From NCBI GenBank assembly GCA_951406725.2, contig OX597814.1, positions 192,510,001 through 192,574,000 on the forward strand: a stretch of 64,000 nucleotides of DNA, written 5' to 3'. Below, in pieces: positions 1 through 10,953 of this stretch (its first letter is position 1; each line of letters begins with the position of its first letter). Made by a program: the position numbers and the translations under genes. The notes below the pieces were generated by a model that was not told the DNA's origin, made no database searches, and was given only the letters and a program-made list of their open reading frames with translations. The DNA comes from Octopus vulgaris. Its lineage: Eukaryota.

Positions 1-14
1 CAAAATTTCCCCAA

Positions 15-57
15 GACACCTGAAGAAGGTTGGAGGTTGTATCAGCCGAAACGTGTT
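15..57 (+). ncRNA. Hammerhead-like motif (family A); helix III and cleavage site appear deleted
   Basis: gacac-CTGAAGA-a-ggttgg...tcagcc-GAAAC-gtgtt. Stem II ggttgg/tcagcc, stem I gacac/gtgtt. Confidence 0.5.
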
Positions 58-479
58 AACAACAAACAAAATGAGGACAAATATCTGTCGAATGTAAATA
101 ATGTATATAATTTGTCATCTCTTAAATATAGAACTGGATTGTTATGAGTTGATGCTTTTGTCAAATACAAAGTTTAGTGCCAATGATGATCAACTTTAAA
201 TCTCTCATCCAGTAACATCATGTGCTTATGACTCACCCAGCAACAGAGGTTGGAGGGTAACAGTTAGATACATTTTCAATCAAGATCAGAGCCTAAAGAA
301 TTGTGTTTTGGATCCTCTCTTTTGTGTGAATTTACCCTTTCATGCTTCCAATTTGAATAAAATAAGCAAGAAATTGCTTTCGAAAATGGAAGGCAACTTA
401 TATTAAGGATGTTCAATAGATAAAGCTGTCAATAGATAATTATAGACACCTACAAGACTATATACCATCTTTCCAACAA

Positions 480-850
480 CAACCTTGGGCACCTTTTAGA
501 ATTTGATATAGCTAACACCTGTTGACATGCTTACAAAATCAAAAAACAACACAGGACTCATGACTTCCAGAAGCATCTTTTGACATTAAGAATTGCTGAA
601 GCATGGAATAAACTACCCACATCAGTTGTTAGCTGTTGGGACAATACATCCTTCAAAACTTCCATGCTTCCTGAAATTCACCAACAGTACACCTAATCCA
701 ACCCCAATCTTCCTTTTTTGATGACTCATTCACAGTTCATTTCCAGTGCATTTTGCTATATACTGTTTATGCACTTTTGGCCACCTTTTCTGATGAGTTA
801 TAGTGCACCTGAGCACTATAAACAATAGGGTCATTATTATTACTATTATT
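480..850 (+). mobile_element. CR1/L2-type LINE 3' fragment (other pieces: 15581..15965-, 51340..51577-, 60430..60570+ with 60948..61132+, 62300..62345-)
   Basis: Decayed HAYKIKKQH...FQKHLLTLRIAEAWNKLPTSVV...SFK C-terminal motif, shared 3' UTR (gtgcacctgagcact) and (ATT)n tail. Confidence 0.7.
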
Positions 851-861
851 TTATAACTGTG

Positions 862-1196
862 AAGGCACATAGCTCAGTGGTTAGAGCATCAAACTTACAA
901 TCATGAGGTCGTGAGTTCGAATCCCAGACTGGGCTGCGTGTTGTGTCTTGAGCAAGACACTTTATTTCATATTGCTCCAGTTCACTCAGCTGTAGAAATG
1001 AGTTGCGACGTCACAGGTGCCAAGCTATATCGGCCATTGCCTTTCCCTTGGATAACACTAGTGGCGTGGAGAGGGGAGGCCGGTATGGATGGGCGACTGC
1101 TGGTCTTCCATAAACAGCCTTGCCCGGACTTGTGCCTGGGAGGGTAACATTCTAGGTGCAATCCCACGGTCAATCATGACCGAAGGGGGTCTCAGC
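862..1196 (+). mobile_element. tRNA-derived SINE (related head near 59525..59700)
   Basis: A box tagctcagtggttagagc, B box gagttcgaatccc, followed by ttgagcaagacacttt core-like region. Confidence 0.7.
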
Positions 1197-1203
1197 ATTA
1201 AAA

Positions 1204-1467
1204 CTGTGTCGGTGGCATGTAAAAAGCACCAACTGATCGTGGCCATTGCCAGCCTCCCCTGGCACCTGTGCCGGTGGCACGTAAAAAGCACCCACTACAC
1301 TCACGGAGTGGTTGGTGTTAGGAAGGGCATCCAGTTGTAGAAACACTGCCAGATCAGACTGGAGCCTGGTGCAGCCCCTGGCTTCCCAGACCCCGGTCGA
1401 ACCGTCCAACCCATGCTAGCATGGAAAGCGGACGTTAAACGATGATGATGATGATGATAATGATGAT
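1204..1467 (+). mobile_element. (GAT)n-tailed repeat, the 3' end of an RTE-type LINE. Copies at 5421..5697-, 7841..7980-, 11905..12090+, 12596..12870+, 17848..18026+, 24061..24415-, 52650..53030-, 56373..56852-, 59808..60255+
   Basis: Shared gtaaaaagcacccactacactc...ggaagggcatccagctgtagaaac...atggaaagcggacgttaaac(gat)n, with variable 5' truncation. Confidence 0.8.
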
Positions 1468-1693
1468 ACTGTCATCTTAATCCAGAGAAAACATGTCAAT
1501 TGTCTATTTTATGCTTTTCAGCCTGGTTATGAATCCAATCGCAAACATGTACAGTTAGTTTCAAACATAATTTTAATGTTAAAAATACAAAAAGAAATGA
1601 AGAATTTTTCTTTATTAAAAACAGGAAAAAAATTTATAACATTTTTAATTGCCTGCAATGATTGTTTTTTTTAATGAATTCACATCTACTTAC

Positions 1694-1848
1694 GAACTTC
1701 TCCAACATATTTCAACCATAACAATCGCTTTGGTGGTAAAGGCTTTACTCTGAACAATGTTTCGGGATCAACAGGTCGGAAATCAATGTAAGAGTCTAAA
1801 GGACGACGATAATTTAACAGCTGTTTCAAACGTTTGTCACTCACTTGA
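1694..1848 (-). CDS. ACOT8: ACOT8-like exon 4: (S)QVSDKRLKQLLNYRRPLDSYIDFRPVDPETLFRVKPLPPKRLLWLKYVGEV; gene continues beyond the left edge of the window
   Basis: Acceptor tttattgcag|T, donor GTTC|gtaagt, 155 nt (phase 2 to 1). IxFRPV and LxW.K motifs of the second hot-dog domain. Confidence 0.88.
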
Positions 1849-2066
1849 CTGCAATAAATAAATAAACAAATAAATGAATAAATAAATAAAGGGAAATTTC
1901 AAAAGTACAGTGATTGCACAAGAAAGCATGAGAACTTCATCTATGCATTATTAATTAGTTGGAATAAGTAAAGGGGCTTGGAATCTTACTTCAAATTCAT
2001 GGAACTCACTCCTATAACTTCATAAGGATATTTACTTTCTCTAAGATATTTGAAAAACCTATATGT

Positions 2067-2156
2067 GATTTAGCTGATGAATACTTGACATTATATTTGC
2101 TGTAATATTTGCAGCTTGAAATAAAATGTTTATAGTATGAAACAATTGTACTAATC
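2067..2156 (+). ncRNA. Type I minimal hammerhead ribozyme motif (family B), predicted cleavage after GUA at 2150
   Basis: gatttag-CTGATGA-atact...agtat-GAAA-C-aatt-G-TA-ctaatc. Stem I gatt(t)ag/ctaatc, stem II atact/agtat, helix III with palindromic ACAATTGT. Confidence 0.8.
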
Positions 2157-2704
2157 TACCGATCCGTTCTTGTTGCTTTTTTCTTGGGGCTTATATATAT
2201 ATATATTATTATTATTACTATTATTATTATTATTCTATGTTTGACTTTTGCTTTATATTTGTACAAGTTGGCTCCAAGTCTCACCCAGAGACCTCAAGAG
2301 ACAACAGGTTGGAAGTTCATGTTGTTATGCCTAGTGTGCCATATATTTGTTTTTTTTTTTGGTGTTGTACTAGTGAATATCAAAAAAAAAAAAACCGAAA
2401 TTGTTTGTTTTAAACCCTGTTATTATTATAATAATAAAAATAACAGGGTTTAAAACAAACAATTTCGGTTTTTTTTTTTGATATTCACTAGTACAACACC
2501 AAAAAAAAAAACAAATATATGGCACACTAGGCATAACAACATGAACTTCCAACCTGTTGTCTCTTGAGGTCTCTGGGTGAGACTTGGAGCCAACTTGTAC
2601 AAATATAAAGCAAAAGTCAAACATAGAATAATAATAATAATAGTAATAATAATAATATATATATATATAAGCCCCAAGAAAAAAGCAACAAGAACGGATC
2701 GGTA

Positions 2705-2794
2705 GATTAGTACAATTGTTTCATACTATAAACATTTTATTTCAAGCTGCAAATATTACAGCAAATATAATGTCAAGTATTCATCAGCTAAATC
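2705..2794 (-). ncRNA. Inverted copy of the family B hammerhead (sense to the ACOT8 pre-mRNA, intron 3)
   Basis: Exact reverse complement of 2067..2156 within the 2048..2813 palindrome. Confidence 0.78.
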
Positions 2795-2943
2795 ACATAT
2801 AGGTTTTTCAAATTATTATTATTATTATTATTATTATTGTTTTTATCATGTGCTTTCACTGCACCATCAAGTGCAGCTGTGTGTGCCTTGGATATGTGCT
2901 GGGGTTTGTTGAGTTGTTCTTATTTTTACTGTATTGAAAGTGC

Positions 2944-2984
<41 letters not shown>

Positions 2985-3281
2985 TAGTAGATGTAACAGA
3001 GTGACTCAAGGACTGAGAGTTTCGTGTGTTAGCACTAATGTATGAAACCCTCAGCCGTTGAGTCACTCTGTTACTCCTACCAAATATAAATAAAATATAT
3101 ACATACATACACACTCATATTTTGAGTTTATATTTTCATGTTTGCATCACCAGACTCTTGTTAGTTAGTTAGTTAATTTGGCTCAAAAGCAAATAGCAAG
3201 GCCATGTAGGGGGACATGGAGTTAAGTACAGGGTGGTGTTCATGTAAAGAGTTCAGGCCACTTGAGGTCCAGGGAGGCTTT

Positions 3282-3315
<34 letters not shown>

Positions 3316-3386
3316 TACAGCATAGAAAAGACAAATAAGAAAGTCACCAATACTCATACATATAATATATACAGAAAATGTCCATA

Positions 3387-3551
3387 GGCGCAGGAGTGGC
3401 TGTGTGGTAAGTAGCTTGCTTACCAACCACATGGTTCCGGGTTCAGTCCCACTGCGTGGCACCTTGGGCAAGTGTCTTCTACTATAGCCTCGGGCTGACC
3501 AAAGCCTTGTGAGTGGATTTGGTAGATGGAAACTGAAAGAAGCCCGTCGTA

Positions 3552-3601
<50 letters not shown>

Positions 3602-3822
3602 CGTGTATGTTTGTGTGTCTGTGTTTGTCCCCCCAACATCGCTTGACAACCGATGCTGGTGTGTTTATGTCCCCGTCACTTAGCGGTTCGGCAAAAGAGA
3701 CCGATAGAATAAGTACTGGGCTTACAAAGAATAAGTCCCAGGGTCGAGTTGCTCGATTAAAGGCGGTGCTCCAGCATGGCCGCAGTCAGATGACTGGAAC
3801 AAGTAAAAGAGTAAAGAGAGAG
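3387..3822 (+). mobile_element. Abundant SINE with internal (TA)n(TG)n tract. Copies at 16551..16853-, 29619..30020+, 30515..31196-, 45084..45466-, 53603..54197+, 54704..55100+, 58740..59472-, 61444..61768-
   Basis: Head ggcgcaggagtggctgtgtggtaag...ggttcagtcccactg, ttgggcaagtgtcttct core, tail gaaacaagtaaaagag. Confidence 0.85.
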
Positions 3823-4059
3823 TATAGCTGTTGAATATATGTGGCTTGGTGATGTAACAACACTAAGTACAATGTGTAAATATATCTTAACTGTATATAT
3901 ACATACATGATATATTTGAAAAGATTTGTTTCAATAACTACATGTTTATATGATAAATATCCATCATTCTATTAGCAACAGAAACCTAAATAAATGTTTA
4001 AGATGAAGAAAAAATATTGTGTTTGTAATTACATTTTGAAGGATATATATTATATTGAA

Positions 4060-4460
4060 CTAGCAGTATCGCCCGGCGTTGCTCGGGTTTGTAAGGGAAA
4101 TAACTATATAAGCATTTTTAGAGAGTTATAGCCAAAAAATAGCAAAAAAATGCATTAAAAATGGGAAAAAAATTATGGTAAATTTTTTTTAAATCGTTGA
4201 CTCATCGTAGACATTTTTAGAGAGTTACTTCCCTTATATAATAGCGAAAAAATGCATTAAAATGGAAAAAAATGATGGCAAATTTTTTTTTTAAATCGTA
4301 GACTCATCGTAGATGCGCGCTAATACCCAGAAGGGCTCGATATGAATCACGACTATAGGATACCCGCTTTTGGTTAAACTGCACTGCAAAATGTGGGAGT
4401 AGTTAGGAATCTAAATCGTAGGAGACAGACAGCACACAACCTTACTTTTATATATAAAGA
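4060..4460 (-). mobile_element. Non-autonomous Helitron
   Basis: On the minus strand: 5' TC, 3' hairpin cccgagcaacgccggg plus CTAG, inserted between A and T. Same family as 18521..18829. Confidence 0.8.
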
Positions 4461-4835
4461 TTAAACTGAAGTAATAATTTTATAAACTCTTTTTTCTGAG
4501 GAATCAGGATATTCTTGAAAGATGTTCCTGTATGAATTTTTTTCTCCATAAATGGTGAAAAGTATAAGAATTCAACAGGAAGGAGAGGATACTTATGAAT
4601 ATATAAATGTGTGAGTGTGTGGTGGGTAGACACAGGCATGGCTCTTGGTGAGGGAAGAGCTGAGTAATTGAGATGTTCAACTCCCAACCACATGATAGAG
4701 ATAAGGGTTACTGAAAAGTAAGTAAAGGAGGAATTGGAGGATGTGAAGCTGCTGGAGGGGACAAAAATAGTAGCCCTGGCAGTAAAGATAGCTACATACG
4801 TGCACAAACATATACATAATTACACCCACATACAG

Positions 4836-4891
<56 letters not shown>

Positions 4892-5171
4892 TCACTCACA
4901 CACACACTTATGCACACGTAAATATTATATATAAATTCAAAAGGGTATAAAATACCACATGCTAAAATCAGAGCCAATGCTCCAAAAACGACCATAAAAC
5001 TCACAATAAAGACACATACGAGCAATGCAATGAACATAGGAGAAACAGTAATGGTGTGAACTTGTGAGAAATAACAGTAATAATACTATATATATATATG
5101 TGTAATAATAATAATACTATATATAGTAATAATATATATATATTTATATATATATATATATATATATTGTG

Positions 5172-5221
<50 letters not shown>

Positions 5222-5270
5222 AATAATATATATGTATATGCATATATACATATGTATATGTACATACATC

Positions 5271-5322
<52 letters not shown>

Positions 5323-5910
5323 TATGTGAGCACAGGGTGTCATGAAACATGTACAACAAAAAAGTATGAAGCATGAGTACATGGAACATGAACTATTCTT
5401 TCGAACAACAAAGACACAAATCATCATCATCCTCATCATCGTTTAATGTCTGCTTTCAATGCTAGCATGGCTTGGACGATTTGACTGAGGTCTGGCGAAC
5501 CAAATGGCTGCACTAGGCTCCAATCTTGATCTGGCAGAGTTTCTACAGCTGGATGCTCTTCCTAACGCCAACCACTCCGAGAGTGTAGTGGGTACTTTTA
5601 CATGCCACCGGCACGAGGGCCAATCAGGCAGTACAGGCGATGGCCACGCTCAAATGGTGTTTTTTATATGACACCTGCACAGGAGCCAGACCTCGTTTGA
5701 ATATTTTTAAATGGAAAACAAAACAAACATCATAAAGAACAACCCTTCATCAGTTGTTGGCTGGTTTTCTAACCTTGTATTTCGAGCATTTAACAACAAT
5801 ATATATATATATAATTATTAGTATTATGGAATTTATTTCCGAGTCAACAAGAAAGAGAAATTCAATTTAGTGGTACTAAAATGCATTTCCCACTGTATTT
5901 TAAATACATA

Positions 5911-6089
5911 GATAGGTTTAAGAGACAGAACCACCTTCAAGCAACTCAATCAATATTGAACGACATTATCTATGATAGAGATATATAAGATTAAATATTT
6001 GATATTCAATCGTATATATCTCTATCATAGATAATGTCGTTCAATGTTGATTGAGTTGCTTGAAGGTGGTTCTGTCTCTTAAACCTATC
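5911..6089. repeat. Fold-back palindrome, 77-bp arms (1 mismatch), next to (TA)n
   Basis: gataggtttaagagacag...gagatatata and its reverse complement; coordinate sum 12000. Confidence 0.9.
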
Positions 6090-6093
6090 AATC

Positions 6094-6126
<33 letters not shown>

Positions 6127-6175
6127 AAGAAAATGAGATGACAAAGGAAAAGATGATTATCTTATGAACTTCATT

Positions 6176-6258
6176 AGCTTACAACTGTTTCTGCAATAAG
6201 ATGCAATGGATTCGTAGTTGAGTGCTTGAATAACACCCCTTATAGCTTCATCAGAACC
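6176..6258 (-). ncRNA. Type I minimal hammerhead motif (family E), slightly degenerate
   Basis: Minus strand ggtt-CTGATGA-a-gctataag...cttattgc-a-GAAA-C-agtt-G-TA-agct. The element is bounded by (TA)n on both sides (about 6093-6119 and 6325-6362). Confidence 0.65.
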
Positions 6259-6320
6259 TTGATTATGAAGTGTAATTTATTTGGGAAAAGAACTATGTTT
6301 ATGCATATATAGGGGTATGT

Positions 6321-6368
<48 letters not shown>

Positions 6369-6379
6369 TATATAGAAGG

Positions 6380-6430
6380 AGCTTCTACAGGACTAGAACT
6401 GTTTCATTCAAGAGAAATCTTCAGGAAGCT
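6380..6430 (-). ncRNA. Type I hammerhead motif (family F), sense to the ACOT8 pre-mRNA
   Basis: Reverse complement of the 51-nt motif at 7667..7717. Confidence 0.8.
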
Positions 6431-7036
6431 AGTTAACAAGAATTGTATTGGCATTTATACATTTAGGCAGGTTTATAGGGGTGGTGGTGGGGGACTTTTT
6501 GGGGGTAGGCATAGCGCAAAAAATCATACTTGGGGGAGTGGTCAAGGAGTCAGTGGTAAATTAGATAGAAGAATAAATAAAAGAATAAAAAAAGAATAAA
6601 AAAATATAAAATTATATAGAAGAATAGAGTTTTAGGTAAATAAGGAAATTCTCAACACACACACGTATGTGTATATACGTGTATGTATGTAGATGTATGT
6701 ATGTATGAATATAATGCGTGCGTGCGTGTATGTGTATGAGTGTATGAATGAGAGTGTGTGTGCGTGCTAATGAGTGTGCGTGCGTGAGTGAGTGCTTGTG
6801 CTCAAGTAGAAAGATAAAAGGGACTAGCCAAGATGTTTGTGACCAGCGGTCAAAGATAACAAAAGTAATAAATGAAGATAATAAAATTAAAATTAGGGAA
6901 TGGGTTTGTAATTGTATGTATATATGTGTGTATGTGTAGGTATGAATAGGTACACATATGTATGTATGTATGTGTATATATGTGTATGTGTGTGTGTGTA
7001 TACATACATATATGTGTATGAGTGGGTACACATATG

Positions 7037-7097
<61 letters not shown>

Positions 7098-7301
7098 ATA
7101 CATACATATATGTGTATATGTATATATGAGTATATAGGGACTTGTGTGTTGTGTGTGCATGTGTGTATGTGGATATGTGTGTGTATGTGAGTATGTGTAT
7201 GTGTGTGTATGTATATATTTCTTTGTGTGTATGTGTGGTCGTGTGTGTGTATATATACATGTGTGTGTGTATATGTATATGCATGTATATGTGTATGTAT
7301 G

Positions 7302-7332
<31 letters not shown>

Positions 7333-7357
7333 ATATGTGTAGATATATGTATGTATA

Positions 7358-7400
<43 letters not shown>

Positions 7401-7666
7401 GTTGTGTGTGTATGTATGTGTGTATGTATATGTGTGTGTGTTGAGAATTTCCTTATTTACCTAAAACTCTATTCTTCTATATAATTTTATATTTTTTTAT
7501 TCTTTTTTTATTCTTTTATTTATTCTTCTATCTAATTTACCACTGACTCCTTGACCACTACCCCAAGTATGATTTTTTTGCGCTATGCCTACCCCCAAAA
7601 AGTCCCCCACCACCACCCCTATAAACCTGCCTAAATGTATAAATGCCAATACAATTCCTGTTAACT

Positions 7667-7717
7667 AGCTTCCTGAAGATTTCTCTTGAATGAAACAGTT
7701 CTAGTCCTGTAGAAGCT
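7667..7717 (+). ncRNA. Type I hammerhead motif (family F), predicted cleavage after GUA at 7711
   Basis: agcttc-CTGAAGA-t-ttc-tctt-gaa-t-GAAA-cag-ttctagtc-ctg-TA-gaagct. Perfect 6-bp stem I, 3-bp stem II, helix III cag/ctg. Confidence 0.82.
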
Positions 7718-7800
7718 CCTTCTATATAATAAATTAATTTTACTCTGCTATGTATTGAGTACCTTATTTACTGTGGTTAACCCCGAATCAACCCGGGACC

Positions 7801-7843
<43 letters not shown>

Positions 7844-7976
7844 TCATCATCATTTAGCGACCGCTTTCCATGCTAGCATGGGTTGGACGGGTCAACTGGG
7901 GTCTGTGAAGCTGGAAGGCTTCGTCAGGCCCAGTCAGATCTGGCAGTGTTTCTACGGCTGGATGCCCTTCCTAACG

Positions 7977-8016
<40 letters not shown>

Positions 8017-8245
8017 GAGGCGCAATGGCCTAATGGTTAGGGCAGCGGACTCGCGGTCGCAGGATCGCGGTTTCGATTCTCAGACCGGGCGTTGTGTGTG
8101 TTTATTGAGCGAAAACACCTAAAAGCTCTATGAGGCTCCGGCAGGGGGTGGTGATCCCTGCTGTATTCTTTCACCACAATGGCGGTGCCCCAGCATGGCC
8201 ACAGCTCAAGAGCTGAAACTGGAAAAACAAAAACAAACAAAACAA
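8017..8245 (+). mobile_element. tRNA-derived SINE. Copies at 11302..11680+, 23395..23580-, 46750..47046-, 60770..60946-, 62950..63227-
   Basis: A box tggcc(c/t)a(g/a)tggttagggc and B box ggtttcgattc(c/t)c, with a shared body. Confidence 0.8.
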
Positions 8246-8319
8246 TATAATATATATATGTATATATATATATAAATATATATATGTATGTATATATATT
8301 CACACACATGCACTTACAC

Positions 8320-8354
<35 letters not shown>

Positions 8355-9095
8355 TCAAACAATGATATAGTCATAAACATGTGTGCATGCACCCCCCCCC
8401 ACACACACACACACACAGGTATGCATGCATAGTTAAGAAGTCTGCTTCACAACTAAGATTTCAAGTTCAGTCCCACTTCATAGAAGCTTGAGCAAGTATC
8501 TTTTACTATAGACCTGGACTGTCTAAAGCCTTGTGAGTAGATCTGATAGACAGAAACTGAAAGAAGCATGTCATGTGTGTATGTAGAAGTATGTATTCAA
8601 AACTGTCCAAGGGTGGTCGTGCACATCTTTACATTTCCTCAGTCACCCCGCAAAGCCATTAAAAAATCAATAGAAGTGACTTTTTTGTGAATTTTCTATC
8701 CATAACCCAATCAAAATGCCCGAAACTTGATACACCAATTGAATGCCAGCTAGCTGTATGTGATTGGTCAGAGATTTGGACAGTACTCGCATGTATGTGC
8801 ACACACACGCAGCTGTATATGGATGCATTAGCACTATGACCCGGCGTTGCCAGGTCATAGTGCTAGTATCAGATAAATTAGTAAGAGAATGGCCCATAGC
8901 AAAATGTCAGCAGTTTGTATCCCACTGCTAGTAGATCACTATGTCTATAGCAAAAAGACTTCAATTTCAAACAGCATATTCCACACAACTATAAATACAT
9001 AGCAAGGTATAGCACACCAGAGTACACTACTGCAGGCAGTGCATGCACTAACTATTTGATGTTTTGTTAACAAAATATTAAAAGATTATATAAAC

Positions 9096-9318
9096 CTCAA
9101 TTTTGAATCAAAATGTTCTTTTGCTGAAGTAAGATCTTCTGGAAGAGGGCACTCGGGCATTTTCCACTGGTGTTGAATTGAGTCGAGTTCTTTCCGTTTG
9201 AATGAAAGCTGCATGTTGAGGAGGGTCTTTCCATTTTGGGTGGCCTTTACAAATCGGTTGATAAATGTTTTACCATCATGCATGAGATCCACATGATACG
9301 TAACAGGATCCTCAGATC
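9096..9318 (-). CDS. ACOT8: ACOT8-like exon 3: (G)SEDPVTYHVDLMHDGKTFINRFVKATQNGKTLLNMQLSFKRKELDSIQHQWKMPECPLPEDLTSAKEHFDSKL(S)
   Basis: Acceptor tttctactag|GA, donor TGAG|gtttat, 223 nt (phase 1 to 2). P..YxV...DG.TF..RxV.A.QxG, SF and HQ..MP..PxPE are TesB/ACOT8 motifs. Overlaps ORF 9086..9292. Confidence 0.92.
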
Positions 9319-9392
9319 CTAGTAGAAAAATGAAAAGAAAACTGAATTCAACTTACATATTTATCATGTGAACTATATTTCAAAACTGTAAC

Positions 9393-10099
9393 TTAACCTT
9401 TTCATTACCAACTCAGCTCTGGCTTTGGCTCTGTAGTACTAATGCCTTGTTTTCATAAGTTTGAATTAAAATCTTCCACCAAAACTTAGTCACTATGTAT
9501 GTTCCTAACACTAACTTAATGATATTTAAGTTATTTTACTAAATTCTTTGTTATATTTAAAATTAATCACAAAGCATCTCAACAGAAATATGGTAACAAA
9601 AGGGTTAAGATATATAATAGAGAAACAATTTTTAACATTTTTGAAACCAACCCAGCTAAAACTGCCTCTGGCTCTGTGGTACAAATGTCTTGTTTTCATA
9701 AGTTTGAATTAAAATCTTCCACCAAAACTTAGTCACTATGTATGTTCCTAACACTAACTTAATGATATTTAAGTTATTTTACTAAATTCTTTGTTATATT
9801 TAAAATTAATTGAAAGAAACACAAAGCATCTCAACAGAAATATGGTAACAAAAGGGTTAAGATATATAATAGAGAAACAATTTTTAACCCTTTTGAAACC
9901 AACCCAGCTGAAACTGCCTCTGGCTCTGTAGTACAAATGTCTTATTTTCAAAAGTTCTGAATTAAATCTTAGTCACAATTTATGTTCGTAACACTAGCTT
10001 AATGATAACTAAGTTATTTTAATAAATTCTTTGTTATATTTATATTAATTGAAAGAAACACAGAGCATCTCAAAATAACTATGGTAATGAAAGCGTTAA
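9393..10099. mobile_element. Three tandem piggyBac-type MITEs
   Basis: Units of about 210-220 bp bounded by TTAA with CCC(TTT)...(AAA)GGG-like ends (9393..9608, 9632..9860, 9884..10099). An identical 23-bp spacer lies between units. Confidence 0.7.
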
Positions 10100-10429
10100 A
10101 CACTTTGTAAAATACTTTGAAAAATCAATAATGCCCAAAATTTTAATTTTGAGTTAGAAGCTGCCTTTTAATGTAAACAATACAGACACTAGCTCAAAAT
10201 TAAAATTTTGTTTTACTTCTGTGGCACTGTTGCATATCATTAAACAGATTTTTACACTATTTGTAAATACTTTGGGTCAGTGATCTGAATTTGTTTTGAA
10301 GGTGAATTGAGTATATTGCACCAATGAGCTGAAATAAACAATGGTGAAATATCAATATCATTTTCGTTTATTTTCAGAGTGATTCATTTTACCTGGCTTT
10401 GAAGTATACTGTGTTTCACAACACAGTCT

Positions 10430-10612
10430 TTAACCCTTTAGCATTCAGATTATTGTATTGAATTAATCATGCATCATCTTGTAGCTTAAAGATTTTAATA
10501 ATATGATTGCTTCTTTTTACAGTGACATTGTGAGGTAGGTGTGAGAAGCCACGTCTGGTCAATTTGACCATAAAACAGGTAGATATGGCCGGTTTAAAAA
10601 CTAAAGGATTAA
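10430..10612. mobile_element. Second piggyBac-type MITE family (also about 14236..14473, 47187..47583, 63534..63759)
   Basis: ttaaCCCTTTAGCATT...AATGCTAAAGGGttaa-like ends with a shared internal sequence. Confidence 0.6.
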
Positions 10613-10643
10613 ATGGCTAAATTTCCTGGTTGAAATATCATGA

Positions 10644-10953
10644 CAAAATTTCGTATCTTAGAAGTTATTGCATGTTAAAGATGTCGTATTTGGGTAATTT
10701 TAACCAATCAACAATTTCCGGGTCATCTCTACTAAATGTAGTTTTCAATCAAGTGTGGATTATTCGGTGTGTTCTTTAGCTAATCCACACGTAGGTGGAA
10801 AATACATTTAGTAGAGATGACCCTAAACTCATTGCTCTTCGATTACTATTGCAAACAGCAGTAGCTTTCCTCAGCTGAATACACGTCGTTGATTGGTTAA
10901 AATCACCCAAATACGACAACTTTAACATGAAATAACTTCTAAAATACAAAATG
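10644..10953. mobile_element. Hairpin MITE containing a nested 104-bp MITE (10720..10823, TIR gggtcatctctactaaatgta)
   Basis: Outer imperfect inverted repeat of about 65 bp; inner perfect 21-bp TIR. Confidence 0.6.

Larger units (their letters stand above)
2048..2813. repeat. Near-perfect palindrome (arms about 375 bp) centred on (ATT)/(AAT) repeats, abutting (ATT)n
   Basis: Arms pair with coordinate sum 4861. Mirror ORFs 2184..2453(+) and 2450..2677(-) give the same peptide up to a homopolymer-length difference. Confidence 0.95.
6363..7803. mobile_element. Penelope-like pseudo-LTR-type element: inverted arms 6363..6664 and 7432..7734 plus tail 7735..7803, embedded in (TA)n
   Basis: Arms about 300 bp, about 99% identical, each with a hammerhead. 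Microsatellite-rich spacer. The tail is identical to 28765..28835. Confidence 0.65.

Noticed and set aside
2184-2677. Apparent duplicated small membrane protein on both strands
   Set aside because: A by-product of the palindrome and its microsatellites, starting at TTG with no gene structure.
5325-5800. Minus-strand CTGATGA at 5746..5752 in a TA-flanked segment split by an RTE tail
   Set aside because: Could not pair stem II or find a properly placed GAAAC...GTH, so it was not called as a hammerhead.
9393-10099. Repeat-spacer pattern reminiscent of a CRISPR array
   Set aside because: Eukaryotic DNA, units over 200 bp, identical spacers and no cas genes.
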